In this document: in pieces, positions 29,897 to 41,089 of the stretch
Position numbering within the stretch: position 1 is the first letter of the stretch
Layout of the letters: each line of letters begins with the position of its first letter
NCBI GenBank assembly: GCA_963735035.1
Contig: CAVTJJ010000004.1
Coordinates: 1,152,001-1,216,000, forward strand
DNA from: an uncultured candidate division Zixibacteria bacterium
Lineage (GTDB): Bacteria; Zixibacteria; MSB-5A5; GN15; FEB-12
Direction of reading: 5' to 3'
Length of the DNA: 64,000 nt
Position numbers and translations under genes: made by a program
Notes under the pieces: generated by a model
What the model was told of the DNA's origin: nothing
The model's database searches: none
The model's input: the letters and a program-made list of their open reading frames with translations, nothing else

Positions 29897-30790
29897 ATGA
29901 CGAATCGTGTGTTGGCGGTTGTGCTGTTGATGTTCGTGCTTACCGGTCTGGCCTATGGCCAGGACGGCCTGGCTCTAATGAAAGTCGAGACGGGAGCTCG
30001 TGAGGCCGGTATGGCCGGGGCGTCGGTATCATTGTCGGGTGCGCCGAACGCGGTCTTCTACAATCCTGCCGCCGCAGCCGGCGCCGAGAAATTCGGCTTT
30101 TCATTCGGCCACAACTCCTATTGGGAGAACATTCGCATAGAGACCGGCTACTTTGTCGGCAATCTCGGCGAACGCACGGCCATCCACGGGGGCATCCGCT
30201 ACGGCGCGGTCGACAATCTCGAGAGCCGCCTGATTCCGTCCGCGGAGCCCGACGCATTCTTCTCCGCGTACGATGTTTCCTTCAAGGGTGGACTGAGCTA
30301 CGAAGCCACTCAGAAACTGGCCTTCGGACTCGCGGTCGGATGGTACATCGAAAAGATCGATATCTACCGTGGCTCCGCCTTCAACATCGATTTCGGAACA
30401 CTCTATAGGGCCACCCCTCAGATGACCCTGGGGGCGTCGGTGACTAATCTGGGTTCGACGCTTTCGCTGGCTACATCAGGGAAGCCGGGCTCCGAAGACA
30501 TATCGCTCCCGACTACTTATCGCTTCGGCGGTTCGTATCGGTATCAGAGGTATCTCGGCGCGGTGGACGCAGTGATTGTCGATGATGAATTTCATCTCCA
30601 TGTGGGAGCCGAAGCCGACCTGCACGAAGCCTTTGCGGTTCGCGCCGGGTATATGTTCGGTTACGACACGAAGAACCTGACCGCCGGGGCCTCGTTCACG
30701 CATCGCAACGTGACGGTGGACTACGCTTTCGTGCCGTATTCAAGTGATCTCGGAACGTCCCATCTATTCAACCTGACCTTTACGCTTTGA
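29897..30790 (+). CDS. PorV/PorQ-family outer-membrane beta-barrel
   Basis: GAREAGMAGA...VFYNPA, LPTTYRFG, VDYAFVPYSSDLGTSH. Confidence 0.82.
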   Translation: MTNRVLAVVLLMFVLTGLAYGQDGLALMKVETGAREAGMAGASVSLSGAPNAVFYNPAAAAGAEKFGFSFGHNSYWENIRIETGYFVGNLGERTAIHGGIRYGAVDNLESRLIPSAEPDAFFSAYDVSFKGGLSYEATQKLAFGLAVGWYIEKIDIYRGSAFNIDFGTLYRATPQMTLGASVTNLGSTLSLATSGKPGSEDISLPTTYRFGGSYRYQRYLGAVDAVIVDDEFHLHVGAEADLHEAFAVRAGYMFGYDTKNLTAGASFTHRNVTVDYAFVPYSSDLGTSHLFNLTFTL

Positions 30791-30808
30791 GATAGGAGAA
30801 TCACTGTC

Positions 30809-31927
30809 ATGGCGAAGTACAAGATTGCCTGGCTGCCCGGTGATGGAGTCGGCAACGACGTCATGGAAGCGGCCAAGATTGTCCTCAACAGGATCAAACT
30901 CGATGCGGAATATCCACACGGCGATATCGGTTGGGAGTTCTGGAAGAGTGAAGCCAATCCGCTTCCCGATCGGACCATCAAACTCCTGAAGGAGTGCGAC
31001 TGTGCGCTGTTCGGTGCGATTACCTCGCTCCCAAAAGAAGAATCCGAAAACGAACTCGCCCCGCAATTTCGCGGCAAGGGGCTGGTGTACAATTCGCCAA
31101 TCGTGCGGATGCGCCAGGAGTTCAATCTTCGCACCAATCTTCGCCCGTGCAAGGGATATCCCGGCAATCCGTTGAACTACAAAGAAAATATCGATCTGGT
31201 GGTGTTCCGCGAAAACACCGAAGGTCTTTATGTCGGGATTGAGTTCCATCCGGTGCCGGATGAAGTGCGTCAGGTGCTCAAGCAATACAATAAGAAGATG
31301 GCTCGGTTCGACGCAGTCGACGGCAAGGACATGGCGATTTCGCTCCGCCTGAACACGCGTCAGGCCTGCCGGAACATCATAACTGATGCTTTCGAGCACG
31401 CCAAGAAACACGGCTACCAGAGTGTGGCGATAGTCGAAAAGCCGAACGTCATTCGTGAGACCTCCGGCCTAATGGTTCGCACCGCCCGCGAAGTGGCGAA
31501 GAAATATCCTGGCATTCCGCTCTTTGAGGCCAATATCGACGCCATGTGCATGTGGCTGTTGAAGAATCCGCTCGACTACGGCGTGATTGTGACGTCGAAC
31601 ATGTTCGGCGATATCATTTCTGACCTGTGTGCGCAGTTGGTGGGTGGGCTCGGTTTTGCGGCGTCGGGGAACATCGGCGACAAGCTGGCGGTGTTCGAGC
31701 CGACCCATGGTTCGGCGCCGAAGTACGCCGGTCAGTACAAGGTCAATCCGATGGCGATGCTGCTTTCAGTGAAGCTGATGCTTGACTGGTTGAACGAAAG
31801 TTCGAAAGCGCACTCGCTCGAAGATGCAATTGCGGCGGTTGTCCGAGAGGGAAGAGTCCGCACCTACGATATGGGCGGCAAGAATACGACCCTCGAGGTG
31901 GCCGAAGCCGTAGCGGCGAAGTTGTAG
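30809..31927 (+). CDS. Isocitrate/isopropylmalate dehydrogenase family protein
   Basis: LPGDGVG, NLRP, RENTEG, SNMFGDIISD, FEPTHGSAPK, TYDMGG; substrate not assignable. Confidence 0.92.
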   Translation: MAKYKIAWLPGDGVGNDVMEAAKIVLNRIKLDAEYPHGDIGWEFWKSEANPLPDRTIKLLKECDCALFGAITSLPKEESENELAPQFRGKGLVYNSPIVRMRQEFNLRTNLRPCKGYPGNPLNYKENIDLVVFRENTEGLYVGIEFHPVPDEVRQVLKQYNKKMARFDAVDGKDMAISLRLNTRQACRNIITDAFEHAKKHGYQSVAIVEKPNVIRETSGLMVRTAREVAKKYPGIPLFEANIDAMCMWLLKNPLDYGVIVTSNMFGDIISDLCAQLVGGLGFAASGNIGDKLAVFEPTHGSAPKYAGQYKVNPMAMLLSVKLMLDWLNESSKAHSLEDAIAAVVREGRVRTYDMGGKNTTLEVAEAVAAKL

Positions 31928-31931
31928 GATT

Positions 31932-31968
31932 GTAGGTCGAAACCAGGCCGCTTCGGACGGTTTCGACA
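31932..31968 (+). repeat. GTAG-type REP-like hairpin
   Basis: GTAG-GTCGAAACC...GGTTTCGAC; related copy at 32370. Confidence 0.6.
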
Positions 31969-31988
31969 TGCTTCGTGACGTGATCTAT

Positions 31989-32363
31989 ATGAAACGGCTA
32001 ATCGCAGTGTCCATCATAGCGCTTGCATGCGCGGCGTGCCAGCGACCACGGCAAACTGCCTGGGAAGGGCAGAACCCTTTTTCGCCTCCGACATATCGGA
32101 TCAGTCTGGCGGGTCTTTCCGGAAAGGAAATCACGGTCACGTTGTTTGACTTGGCTGGCAAGGAAGTAGGGATTGTCTTTCAGGGGATAGTTGATTCGAG
32201 CGAGTCTGTCGATATCACAAGACTTGTCAAGATCACCGCCGATAGCCTAAGCGCGCCCGACACAACTATTGTATTTATGGACAATCTTCCCGGTGGTGTG
32301 TATTTCTACCGGGTCAAAACGGCGGAATCATCTTATACGAAGCAACTGGTTGTTGTGAGGTGA
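31989..32363 (+). CDS. Lipoprotein consisting almost entirely of a T9SS/FlgD-like sorting domain
   Basis: Lipobox (IALAC/AAC), then QNPFSP, LFDLAGKEV, LPGGVYFYRV, TKQLVVVR. Confidence 0.75.
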   Translation: MKRLIAVSIIALACAACQRPRQTAWEGQNPFSPPTYRISLAGLSGKEITVTLFDLAGKEVGIVFQGIVDSSESVDITRLVKITADSLSAPDTTIVFMDNLPGGVYFYRVKTAESSYTKQLVVVR

Positions 32364-32369
32364 GGAGAG

Positions 32370-32406
32370 GTAGGTCGAAACCCCAGTGGTTTCGGCAATC
32401 CTCTAC
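32370..32406 (+). repeat. GTAG-type REP-like hairpin overlapping the rdgB stop codon
   Basis: GTAGGTCGAAACCCCAGTGGTTTCGGC...CTAC. Confidence 0.55.
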
Positions 32407-33014
32407 TTCAATTCGATCTTCCGGTTCAAATGCTCGATGATCAACGTCCGCGCTTCTTGAAAAGCGCGGCCCCGGTGCGACACAAGATTCTTCTCCTCAA
32501 GCGTCATCTCTGAGAAGCGCTTCCCCTTCGGTGGATAGAAGAATACCGGATCGTACCCGAACCCTTTCTCGCCGATTACATCCTCGGTGATCATTCCCTC
32601 AGCGACTCCTTCGACCGTTTCGACATTGTCATTATCCCATGCAATCGCAATCACGCAGCGAAAGCGGGCGGTCCGTTTCTCTTTCGGGACGCCTTTCAGT
32701 TCGCGAATCAGCTTCTCGTAATTGTCGCGGTAGGTGACATCCGGTCCGGCGTAGCGCGACGAATACAGCCCGGGCGCGCCGCCGAGGGCGTCGACTTCGA
32801 GCCCGGAATCGTCGGCGAGCGCGGGAAGGTCGCAGAACTCGGCGATGGCGCGTGCTTTGAGGATGGCGTTCTCTTCGAGGGTGCCACCGGTTTCTTCCGG
32901 ATCGGGGAATTCGAGGAAATCGGCGGAGGTGAGGATCGTGACCGGGAGATCGTCGAGGAGATGTTTGATCTCTCTGATCTTGTCTTTATTGTTGGTCGCG
33001 AGGACGAGTTGCAT
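32403..33014 (-). CDS. rdgB: dITP/XTP pyrophosphatase
   Basis: LATNNKDK, ENAILKA, ADDSGL, GFGYDPVF, SHRG. Confidence 0.96.
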   Translation of the reverse strand: MQLVLATNNKDKIREIKHLLDDLPVTILTSADFLEFPDPEETGGTLEENAILKARAIAEFCDLPALADDSGLEVDALGGAPGLYSSRYAGPDVTYRDNYEKLIRELKGVPKEKRTARFRCVIAIAWDNDNVETVEGVAEGMITEDVIGEKGFGYDPVFFYPPKGKRFSEMTLEEKNLVSHRGRAFQEARTLIIEHLNRKIELK

Positions 33015-33038
33015 GGGTTGATATCTGTCTTCTCGCAG

Positions 33039-33215
33039 GTCAGGTCACACCATCGCCCTGCCGCGGCGGGCCGTTGGCAAACCTGACGCAACGACCGTAT
33101 TCGCGATTCGCGGCATGAGGACATCTGCCGGACGGCCTACACAAGTCAGGCTGAGCTTGTCGAAGCCTGGCTTAAATTTCGCTCGTAGTCACCCTTCGAC
33201 AGGCTCAGGGTGACT
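33039..33215. repeat. Mosaic REP-like cluster
   Basis: GTCAGGTCACAC...ACCTGACGCAAC unit (33039-33092), ACATCTGCCG unit (33111-33140), GTCAGGCTGAGCTTGTCGAAGC / CCCTTCGACAGGCTCAGGGTGAC inverted pair. Confidence 0.75.
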
Positions 33216-33224
33216 TAGTATACA

Positions 33225-34043
33225 TCAATACCTCGTTATATCTATCCGCGTGATGCGGTCGACCGTGTGGCCCAGGAAACGCGTTGCCACCTGCGCGAAC
33301 TTGTCCGGCACGTCGGACACGAAAAACCTGTGATCGCCTTCCAGCGCCGGCGTCTGCGACGCTCGCGTGTTCAACAGGTTCGCTTTCGCCAGTGCGTTGT
33401 ACGCCGCTCGCGCCGTCTCACGGCCACTATCGACCAGGGTCACTTTATCGCCCATGACGTCGGCAATGACATGCTCCAAGAGTGGGTAGTGTGTGCACCC
33501 CATGATGAGCGTATCGACCTTGACATCGATCATCGTCTGCAGATAATCCCGTGCGATCAGGTAGGTCGCCTCTTTGTCAATATACCCTTCCTCGGCGAGC
33601 GGCACGAACAGGGGACAGGCGAGCGAGAAGATCTTCAGCTTGGGGTCGATTTCGTGAACGACCCGGGCGTAGGCGTTCGACCCGATCGTCGCCTGAGTGC
33701 CGATTACCCCGATCCGACCGCTCTTCGTCTTCGCGACCGCCGCTTCGGCGCCGGGATGGATCACACCGATCATGGGGACATTGTAGTTGCCGGCGATTTC
33801 ATCAAGCGCTACAGCCGACGACGTATTGCAGGCGAAGACAATGAATTTCACCCGGCTTTCCATCAGGAAGGCCACATTTTGGGCGGTGAACTGGACGATG
33901 ATCTCCTTGGAGCGGGGGCCGTAAGGGGCGCGGCCGACGTCGCCGAAATAGACGACGTCTTCACTCGGCAAGATTTTGAATACTTCACGGGCGACGGTCA
34001 ACCCGCCGACGCTGGAATCGAATATGCCTATGGGTCTATCCAT
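33225..34043 (-). CDS. murI: Glutamate racemase
   Basis: IGIFDSSVGG, PYG, ACNTSS, GCTHYP. Confidence 0.96.
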   Translation of the reverse strand: MDRPIGIFDSSVGGLTVAREVFKILPSEDVVYFGDVGRAPYGPRSKEIIVQFTAQNVAFLMESRVKFIVFACNTSSAVALDEIAGNYNVPMIGVIHPGAEAAVAKTKSGRIGVIGTQATIGSNAYARVVHEIDPKLKIFSLACPLFVPLAEEGYIDKEATYLIARDYLQTMIDVKVDTLIMGCTHYPLLEHVIADVMGDKVTLVDSGRETARAAYNALAKANLLNTRASQTPALEGDHRFFVSDVPDKFAQVATRFLGHTVDRITRIDITRY

Positions 34044-34060
34044 GTCATTTTCTCATTCTT

Positions 34061-34386
34061 GTAGGTCTGGACCCTTGTGGTCCCGACGCTCGGTGCAAAT
34101 TCGTCGGCAGATGTGGGCATCTGCCGGGCACGTATCCTACGATGTCGGGTTTCTCCCCCGGATCAAAGTCCGGGGTCGGAACCCGACCTACTAGTTCTTC
34201 GGACGGCGTCAGGTCACACCGCCGCCCCACCTACGGTGGTCCGGCGGCAAGACCTGACGCAACTTTGAAATTCGTCGGCAGATGTGGACATCTGTGGGCA
34301 CGGTTCTTCTCGCTCAATCTCAACCCACCGCAAGCGGTGGGGCACCAACCATCCATCCTTGGGCCCCCGTCTTCACGGGGGTGACG
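34061..34386. repeat. Mosaic REP-like cluster
   Basis: Two CGGCAGATGTGGRCATCTG units (34105, 34276), GCGTCAGGTCACAC...GACCTGACGCAAC (34206-34263), CCCCGGATCAAAGTCCGGGG, and CGTCACCCCCGTGAAGACGGGGG on the minus strand. Confidence 0.75.
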
Positions 34387-34395
34387 AGCAAGGGC

Positions 34396-35880
34396 CTAGT
34401 TGCTCTCGTACTTAGCTTTGAATCGCTTTATCGATTCGTATATACCTTCGACGATCTTATCCTGATAATCCTTATCCTTGAGCAGCTTCTCTTCCTGTGG
34501 GTTCGAGATAAACGCAGACTCGACCAGAATCGATGGCGTAAATACTTTGTTCAGCACGAAGAACCCCGCCTGGTCGATCCCGCGCGAGGGCGTTTCGAGG
34601 CGGCGACGGAACTCCCGCTCGACCATCTGCGCAAAGTCGAGTGATTCGGCCTGGAATTCGGTCATCAGCATCTCATTCAGGATCGAAGTCACGGGATCCT
34701 GTGACGTGCTGTCGGCGTCCTTCTCATTGTACGATTCTCGCAGAAAGAAACCGTTCTCGAGCTGAGCCGCCGCGCGCGCCGAGTCATTGAGCGCGGGCGC
34801 GAGGAAGAAAACGTTCCACCCGCGCACCTGTTTGCGCGGCGAAGCGTTGGCGTGAATCGAGACGAACAGATCGGCGCCGGCATCGTTGGCGATTTTCGCC
34901 CGCTCTTCCAACGAGACTGTCTTGTCCCGGTCGCGGGTCATGACCACTTTGAACAGCTTCTCCTTGCGGATCAGGGCGGCCAGTTTCTTGGCCATGCTCA
35001 GCGTGACATCTTTCTCACGCGTGCCGTTTTGTCCGATAGCCCCGTAGTCGTCGCCGCCATGACCGGCATCGACCACCACCACGTCGATCTTGTTCCCCGG
35101 CCCCAGCAGCGGCACGGTCGACGACGTGTCCATCTGGAAATTCGGGTCCTTGATGATGATCTCAATGCGAGTCGGGTTGTGCTCGATCTGATGGCTCCAG
35201 TCTGTCACTTTCCGCCGAAGCCGCATGGAAATCTGCCCGGTGTTGTTCTCGATCTGGTGCACTTTCAGGTCGTACATGTAGCGTGCGTCGCGACGAGATA
35301 GAACCCGATTGCGATTGATGGTCGCGTTTCGCATCGAGATGTTGACCCAGTCGCCTTCGCTGACAAAAATTTCATAGGCCAGCGGCGCGCTCAGATAGAT
35401 TTCGATCAATAGGCCGTTGGCTTTGGCCTCGACCGAAATATCAGTGACATTGAAGTTTTCAGGGTCCACCCGCACGGTCGACTGATTGCTCTGCCAGGTT
35501 ATCTGTTGAGACGTGACCCGATCGAGCAGAGGCAGGAAAGTAGCCGCCGGAACAAATAGCTGTCCGTCGCGATAAAGCGATTCATAGGTCATGTTGTAAG
35601 TCGTGTCGTTGAGGCGCACCCAGGGGGAGCCGATCAGAAATTCGAACTTGAACCCGGCGTCAGCGTAGGAGACCGTATGCCCGATCGTTTCCCAATTGGT
35701 TGTCCCGCCGATGGCGTCAGACAATCCCGAGAGTGAGATGTAGTTGACGTTCTGTTCGGACAACCCCTTGATAGTCTCAAATCCACCTGCCACGGCGACT
35801 TTGATATCCTCAGCCGAGGCCGACACGGTCAATACTGACATCACCACCAGGGTGATTAATCTCGCGGTAAGTCTACTCAC
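34396..35880 (-). CDS. N-acetylmuramoyl-L-alanine amidase (Amidase_3, AmiC-like)
   Basis: Signal peptide; VDAGHGG, EKDVTL, FVSIHAN, SILVESAFISN. Confidence 0.93.
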   Translation of the reverse strand: MSRLTARLITLVVMSVLTVSASAEDIKVAVAGGFETIKGLSEQNVNYISLSGLSDAIGGTTNWETIGHTVSYADAGFKFEFLIGSPWVRLNDTTYNMTYESLYRDGQLFVPAATFLPLLDRVTSQQITWQSNQSTVRVDPENFNVTDISVEAKANGLLIEIYLSAPLAYEIFVSEGDWVNISMRNATINRNRVLSRRDARYMYDLKVHQIENNTGQISMRLRRKVTDWSHQIEHNPTRIEIIIKDPNFQMDTSSTVPLLGPGNKIDVVVVDAGHGGDDYGAIGQNGTREKDVTLSMAKKLAALIRKEKLFKVVMTRDRDKTVSLEERAKIANDAGADLFVSIHANASPRKQVRGWNVFFLAPALNDSARAAAQLENGFFLRESYNEKDADSTSQDPVTSILNEMLMTEFQAESLDFAQMVEREFRRRLETPSRGIDQAGFFVLNKVFTPSILVESAFISNPQEEKLLKDKDYQDKIVEGIYESIKRFKAKYESN

Positions 35881-35883
35881 AAT

Positions 35884-36357
35884 TCAACGCTCGGTGTTTC
35901 TTCGTGTGGCCTGTTTTATCCGACGATCCGATTCGGCCTTGGCAATCGCCTGACGTTTGTCATATTTCTTACGTCCGATCGCCAGGGCAAGTTCGACTTT
36001 AGCCAACTTCCCTCTGAAGTATATCGAAAGAGGGATCAAGGTCTGGCCCTGCTGCTCGGTCTTGGCTTGCATTTTACGGATCTCGGTCCGGTGGAGGAGA
36101 AGACGGCGCGTCCGGACGGGGTCATACCCCTGAATCCCCGTTTGTTTGTAAGGGGAGATGTGCAGGTTCTTGAGTACCACCTGGCCGTCTTCGACCACTG
36201 CGTAAGCGTCGGCGATTTGAACTTTCCCCTCACGGAGCGATTTTACTTCCGAACCGTGCAGAGCGATGCCGACCTCGACTGTCGCGATTATCTGATAGTC
36301 AAAGCGGGCCTTCCGGTTACGGACGACGACCTTGATATTCTCCTTATCTTGTTCCAC
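35884..36357 (-). CDS. smpB: SsrA-binding protein
   Basis: NRKARFDY, GSEVKSLR, RRLLLH, GRKKYDKR. Confidence 0.97.
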   Translation of the reverse strand: MEQDKENIKVVVRNRKARFDYQIIATVEVGIALHGSEVKSLREGKVQIADAYAVVEDGQVVLKNLHISPYKQTGIQGYDPVRTRRLLLHRTEIRKMQAKTEQQGQTLIPLSIYFRGKLAKVELALAIGRKKYDKRQAIAKAESDRRIKQATRRNTER

Positions 36358-36578
36358 GCAAGCAGGATAGCCCCAGTTGCCTCAAGGGGCAATCAAAAAC
36401 AGTCGACCGCGCCAACAGCCATATTCTGTCTAACCGTCTTGAGCGTCAATGTGGGCCTACTCTCCGGGATGAACAGCCCGGCCACTAAGGCGTAGCAAGA
36501 TGCTGTCGATATATAATGTTGTGAATCCGAAGTTGGTTCGCTGCGAGAAATCGTAGCGCAACAGGAGCTCTTAAGAAG

Positions 36579-37001
36579 ATGTCCGATGTAAGTGGTAGCC
36601 GGGGCGCGACTATCCTGGTAGTCGACGATGAGTCTCATATACTTGAGTTGTTGGAGTCTGTCCTGACCAAGGCTGGACACAACGTGATTACTACCACTTG
36701 CGGACGTGCTGCCGTAGAAATCGCTTCCGCCTGCCGGCCTGATCTGATTCTAATGGACATTACCATGCCGGACATGGATGGCTACGAAGTCACCGTGCAT
36801 ATCAAGAGGGACCCGATGCTTCAGGACATACCGGTCATTTTTCTATCGGGTCGTTCCGAGGAAGAAGACGGGGGGCGGTCGCTGGCTATCGGGGGAGCGG
36901 TATTCTTGCGCAAGCCGTTCAAGGTCAATCAAATAAGAGACGTGGTCGGCCTCGCGCTGCGGTCTCAGCCCAAATTCCATAGAATGGCTCCTCACTTGTA
37001 G
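36579..37001 (+). CDS. Single-domain response regulator
   Basis: VVDDE, LMDITMP, FLSG, RKPF. Confidence 0.88.
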   Translation: MSDVSGSRGATILVVDDESHILELLESVLTKAGHNVITTTCGRAAVEIASACRPDLILMDITMPDMDGYEVTVHIKRDPMLQDIPVIFLSGRSEEEDGGRSLAIGGAVFLRKPFKVNQIRDVVGLALRSQPKFHRMAPHL

Positions 37002-37079
37002 TCAAAGTTAAGGTTGCGGTGAGATTTGCCGACCTTCATAGTTAAAGGGCAGAAGAAATAATATCCTGGTGAAAATATT

Positions 37080-37481
37080 GTGTCTCATAAAGTGAAGATC
37101 CCTGGAACCAGAGTCCTGGTAATAGACGACGAACCGGAAATCACCGAGATCGTCGAGGCTTTCCTGACCGAAGCCGGTTATGTTGTCGCCTCGGAGAATT
37201 CCCCCAAGAACGCCGCCGCCAAAGTTGTGGAATTTCACCCCGATGTCATCCTGCTCGATATCATGATGCCCGGCATGGACGGTTACGACGTCTGCCAGCA
37301 AATCAAGAAGCAGCCGAATTTCGCGCACGTGCCCGTCATCTTTTTGACCGGCAAGGATCGCGCCGACGATATGGGCCGCTCGTTCAAGGTGGGCGGCGAT
37401 ATGTTCATCAAGAAGCCGTTTTCCTGCGAGCGCCTTCTCGAAATCGTGAATATCGTCGTGATGTCCACCGCCAACCGATAA
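37080..37481 (+). CDS. Single-domain response regulator
   Basis: VIDDE, LLDIMMP, FLTG, KKPF. Confidence 0.9.
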   Translation: MSHKVKIPGTRVLVIDDEPEITEIVEAFLTEAGYVVASENSPKNAAAKVVEFHPDVILLDIMMPGMDGYDVCQQIKKQPNFAHVPVIFLTGKDRADDMGRSFKVGGDMFIKKPFSCERLLEIVNIVVMSTANR

Positions 37482-37572
37482 GCCGGTTTCCCCTCGCCTC
37501 TACAATAACTAACGGGAGTACTGATTGACCCACCGGGTCTGTCATCGCTAATACTCCGACCAATTCCTCCCG

Positions 37573-37860
37573 TGTCATCGCGAGGCCGCCCTTGGCGGCC
37601 GTGGCGATCTCAATTCCGTGGGCGGCAGACCTCCTGGTCTGCCCCTTATGCGGGGCACACGGGACCCTCCGATCAAGGGTTTGTCTAAAGAGTCTGTTTT
37701 GCATCAATTCGTAGTCTTCAACGCGTGATGGCGATTCCCTAACTCACTTCAACGCGTCAGGTCACACGCCCCGCAGTGGCGGGGCGCAAGACCTGACGCA
37801 ACAACATTCAGGGGGTTTTTCAACAGCCATCAAATCGGGGCAGGCAGTGTGCCGGCTAGT
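37573..37860. repeat. Mosaic REP-like cluster
   Basis: GTCATCGCGAGGCCGCCCTTGGCGGCCGTGGCGATCTC; GTGGGCGGCAGACCTCCTGGTCTGCCC; GCGTCAGGTCACAC...GACCTGACGCAAC (37754-37802). Confidence 0.75.
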
Positions 37861-37880
37861 ATTGATGTCGCCGTGGCTGG

Positions 37881-39929
<2,049 letters not shown>

Positions 39930-39992
39930 TCAACCACATACAGAGGGTGTGACGAGTAGGACTTCTTCCGCGACAAAGTGGGCGGCACGCTC

Positions 39993-40570
39993 AAGGGGCA
40001 GACCAGGAGGTCTGCCGCCCACGGAGAAGAGATCGTAGCGGCGTGCCGGACATTATGAGTAGACGGCCGCCAGGCCGTCACCCTTGCGGCGGCAAGGGCC
40101 CAGTCAAGATCGCCCACCATAGATGGGTTATTTCAACATGCTCTCTCGATCTCCGGTCTTCTATGACAACCGCGTCGCAAGACTTGCCATCTTGTCTGGG
40201 TTCCTGCCTCCGCAGGAATGACGGGGCTGGCGCCCCGTTTCAAATCCCACCCGTTGGGTGGGGTACCGGAACTGAAGCAAGTCGGCCGGAAGGCCGTCAC
40301 CCTTGCGGCGGCAAGGGCCCAGTCAAGCTCGCCCATTAATGATGTGTGATTTCAACATGTTCTCTCGATCTCCGGTCTTCTATGTCAACCGCGTCGCAAG
40401 ACTTGCCATCTTGTCTGGGTTCCTGCCTCCGCAGGAATGACGGGGCTGGCGCCCCGTTTCTTTCCGATGCTTCACGAAGAAGAAAACCGGCAGGGTTGGA
40501 ACCCTGCCGATTGTGTGTTTGCGGCAGATGTGGACCCCGGATCAAGTCCGGGGCAGGCTCTGCCGGGCAC
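39993..40570. repeat. Mosaic REP-like cluster containing a 170-bp direct repeat (40072-40241 / 40291-40460)
   Basis: Near-identical copies offset by 219 bp, each with TCTTGTCTGGGTTCCTGCCTCCGCAGGAATGACG; additional hairpins at 39993, 40487 and 40522. Confidence 0.85.
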
Positions 40571-41087
40571 TCAATCGCTTGTTGATCTGGCGCCGGAAAG
40601 CGGCAATTTGCTGGCCCGCCAGGTCGTCTTCGATGGACGTGATCATGATCGCGCTCAGGCGGCTGTTCCGGTCGGCTCGCAGAAGAACGGAGTCGGCCAG
40701 TCGGTACCAGGCACGGGCGCTGTCGGGTGAAAATCGCACCAGCAGACGGTCATAGCGCGGGTTGGTGATCAGTTCCGGTTCAATTATGTCCGTGCGGAAA
40801 TCCAGCCAGTGAATATCCGCCGGCTGTGCGATGGTGGGGGCGGTCAGGTCGGGATCCACAGCCCATTGACGGCGCGCTATCGAAACCTCGATCAAACTCA
40901 GACGGCCCGAAAGATCGATGTCGAATCGCACCGTCTCCGATTCAAGGTAGTTGAAGAAAGTGCGGCCGGAGCAGAAAGCGCCCACCTGGACGTACAACGA
41001 ATCTTCTTCCAGTTGATAAAAACCCCGGCCGGGAGTTACCTCGCCGGTCGGGGCATCGATTTTGAGACTGATTGACGTCAACGCCAA
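40542..41087 (-). CDS. Hypothetical protein (two small beta-rich repeats)
   Basis: 181 aa ORF 2 nt downstream of cpoB; YQLEEDSLYV / NPRYDRLLV repeat pattern. Confidence 0.7.
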   Translation of the reverse strand: MALTSISLKIDAPTGEVTPGRGFYQLEEDSLYVQVGAFCSGRTFFNYLESETVRFDIDLSGRLSLIEVSIARRQWAVDPDLTAPTIAQPADIHWLDFRTDIIEPELITNPRYDRLLVRFSPDSARAWYRLADSVLLRADRNSRLSAIMITSIEDDLAGQQIAAFRRQINKRLSARQSLPRT

Positions 41088-41089
41088 CG

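Noticed and set aside
36358..36578. tmRNA beside smpB
   Set aside because: Too short, and no GGGG...TCCACCA ends or tag reading frame were seen
40130..40389. 41-nt segment reading GTTG.CATAG...GTTGAAAT on the minus strand, present twice, resembling a CRISPR repeat
   Set aside because: Only two copies, 219 bp apart, inside a longer 170-bp duplication; no unique 30-40 nt spacers and no cas genes
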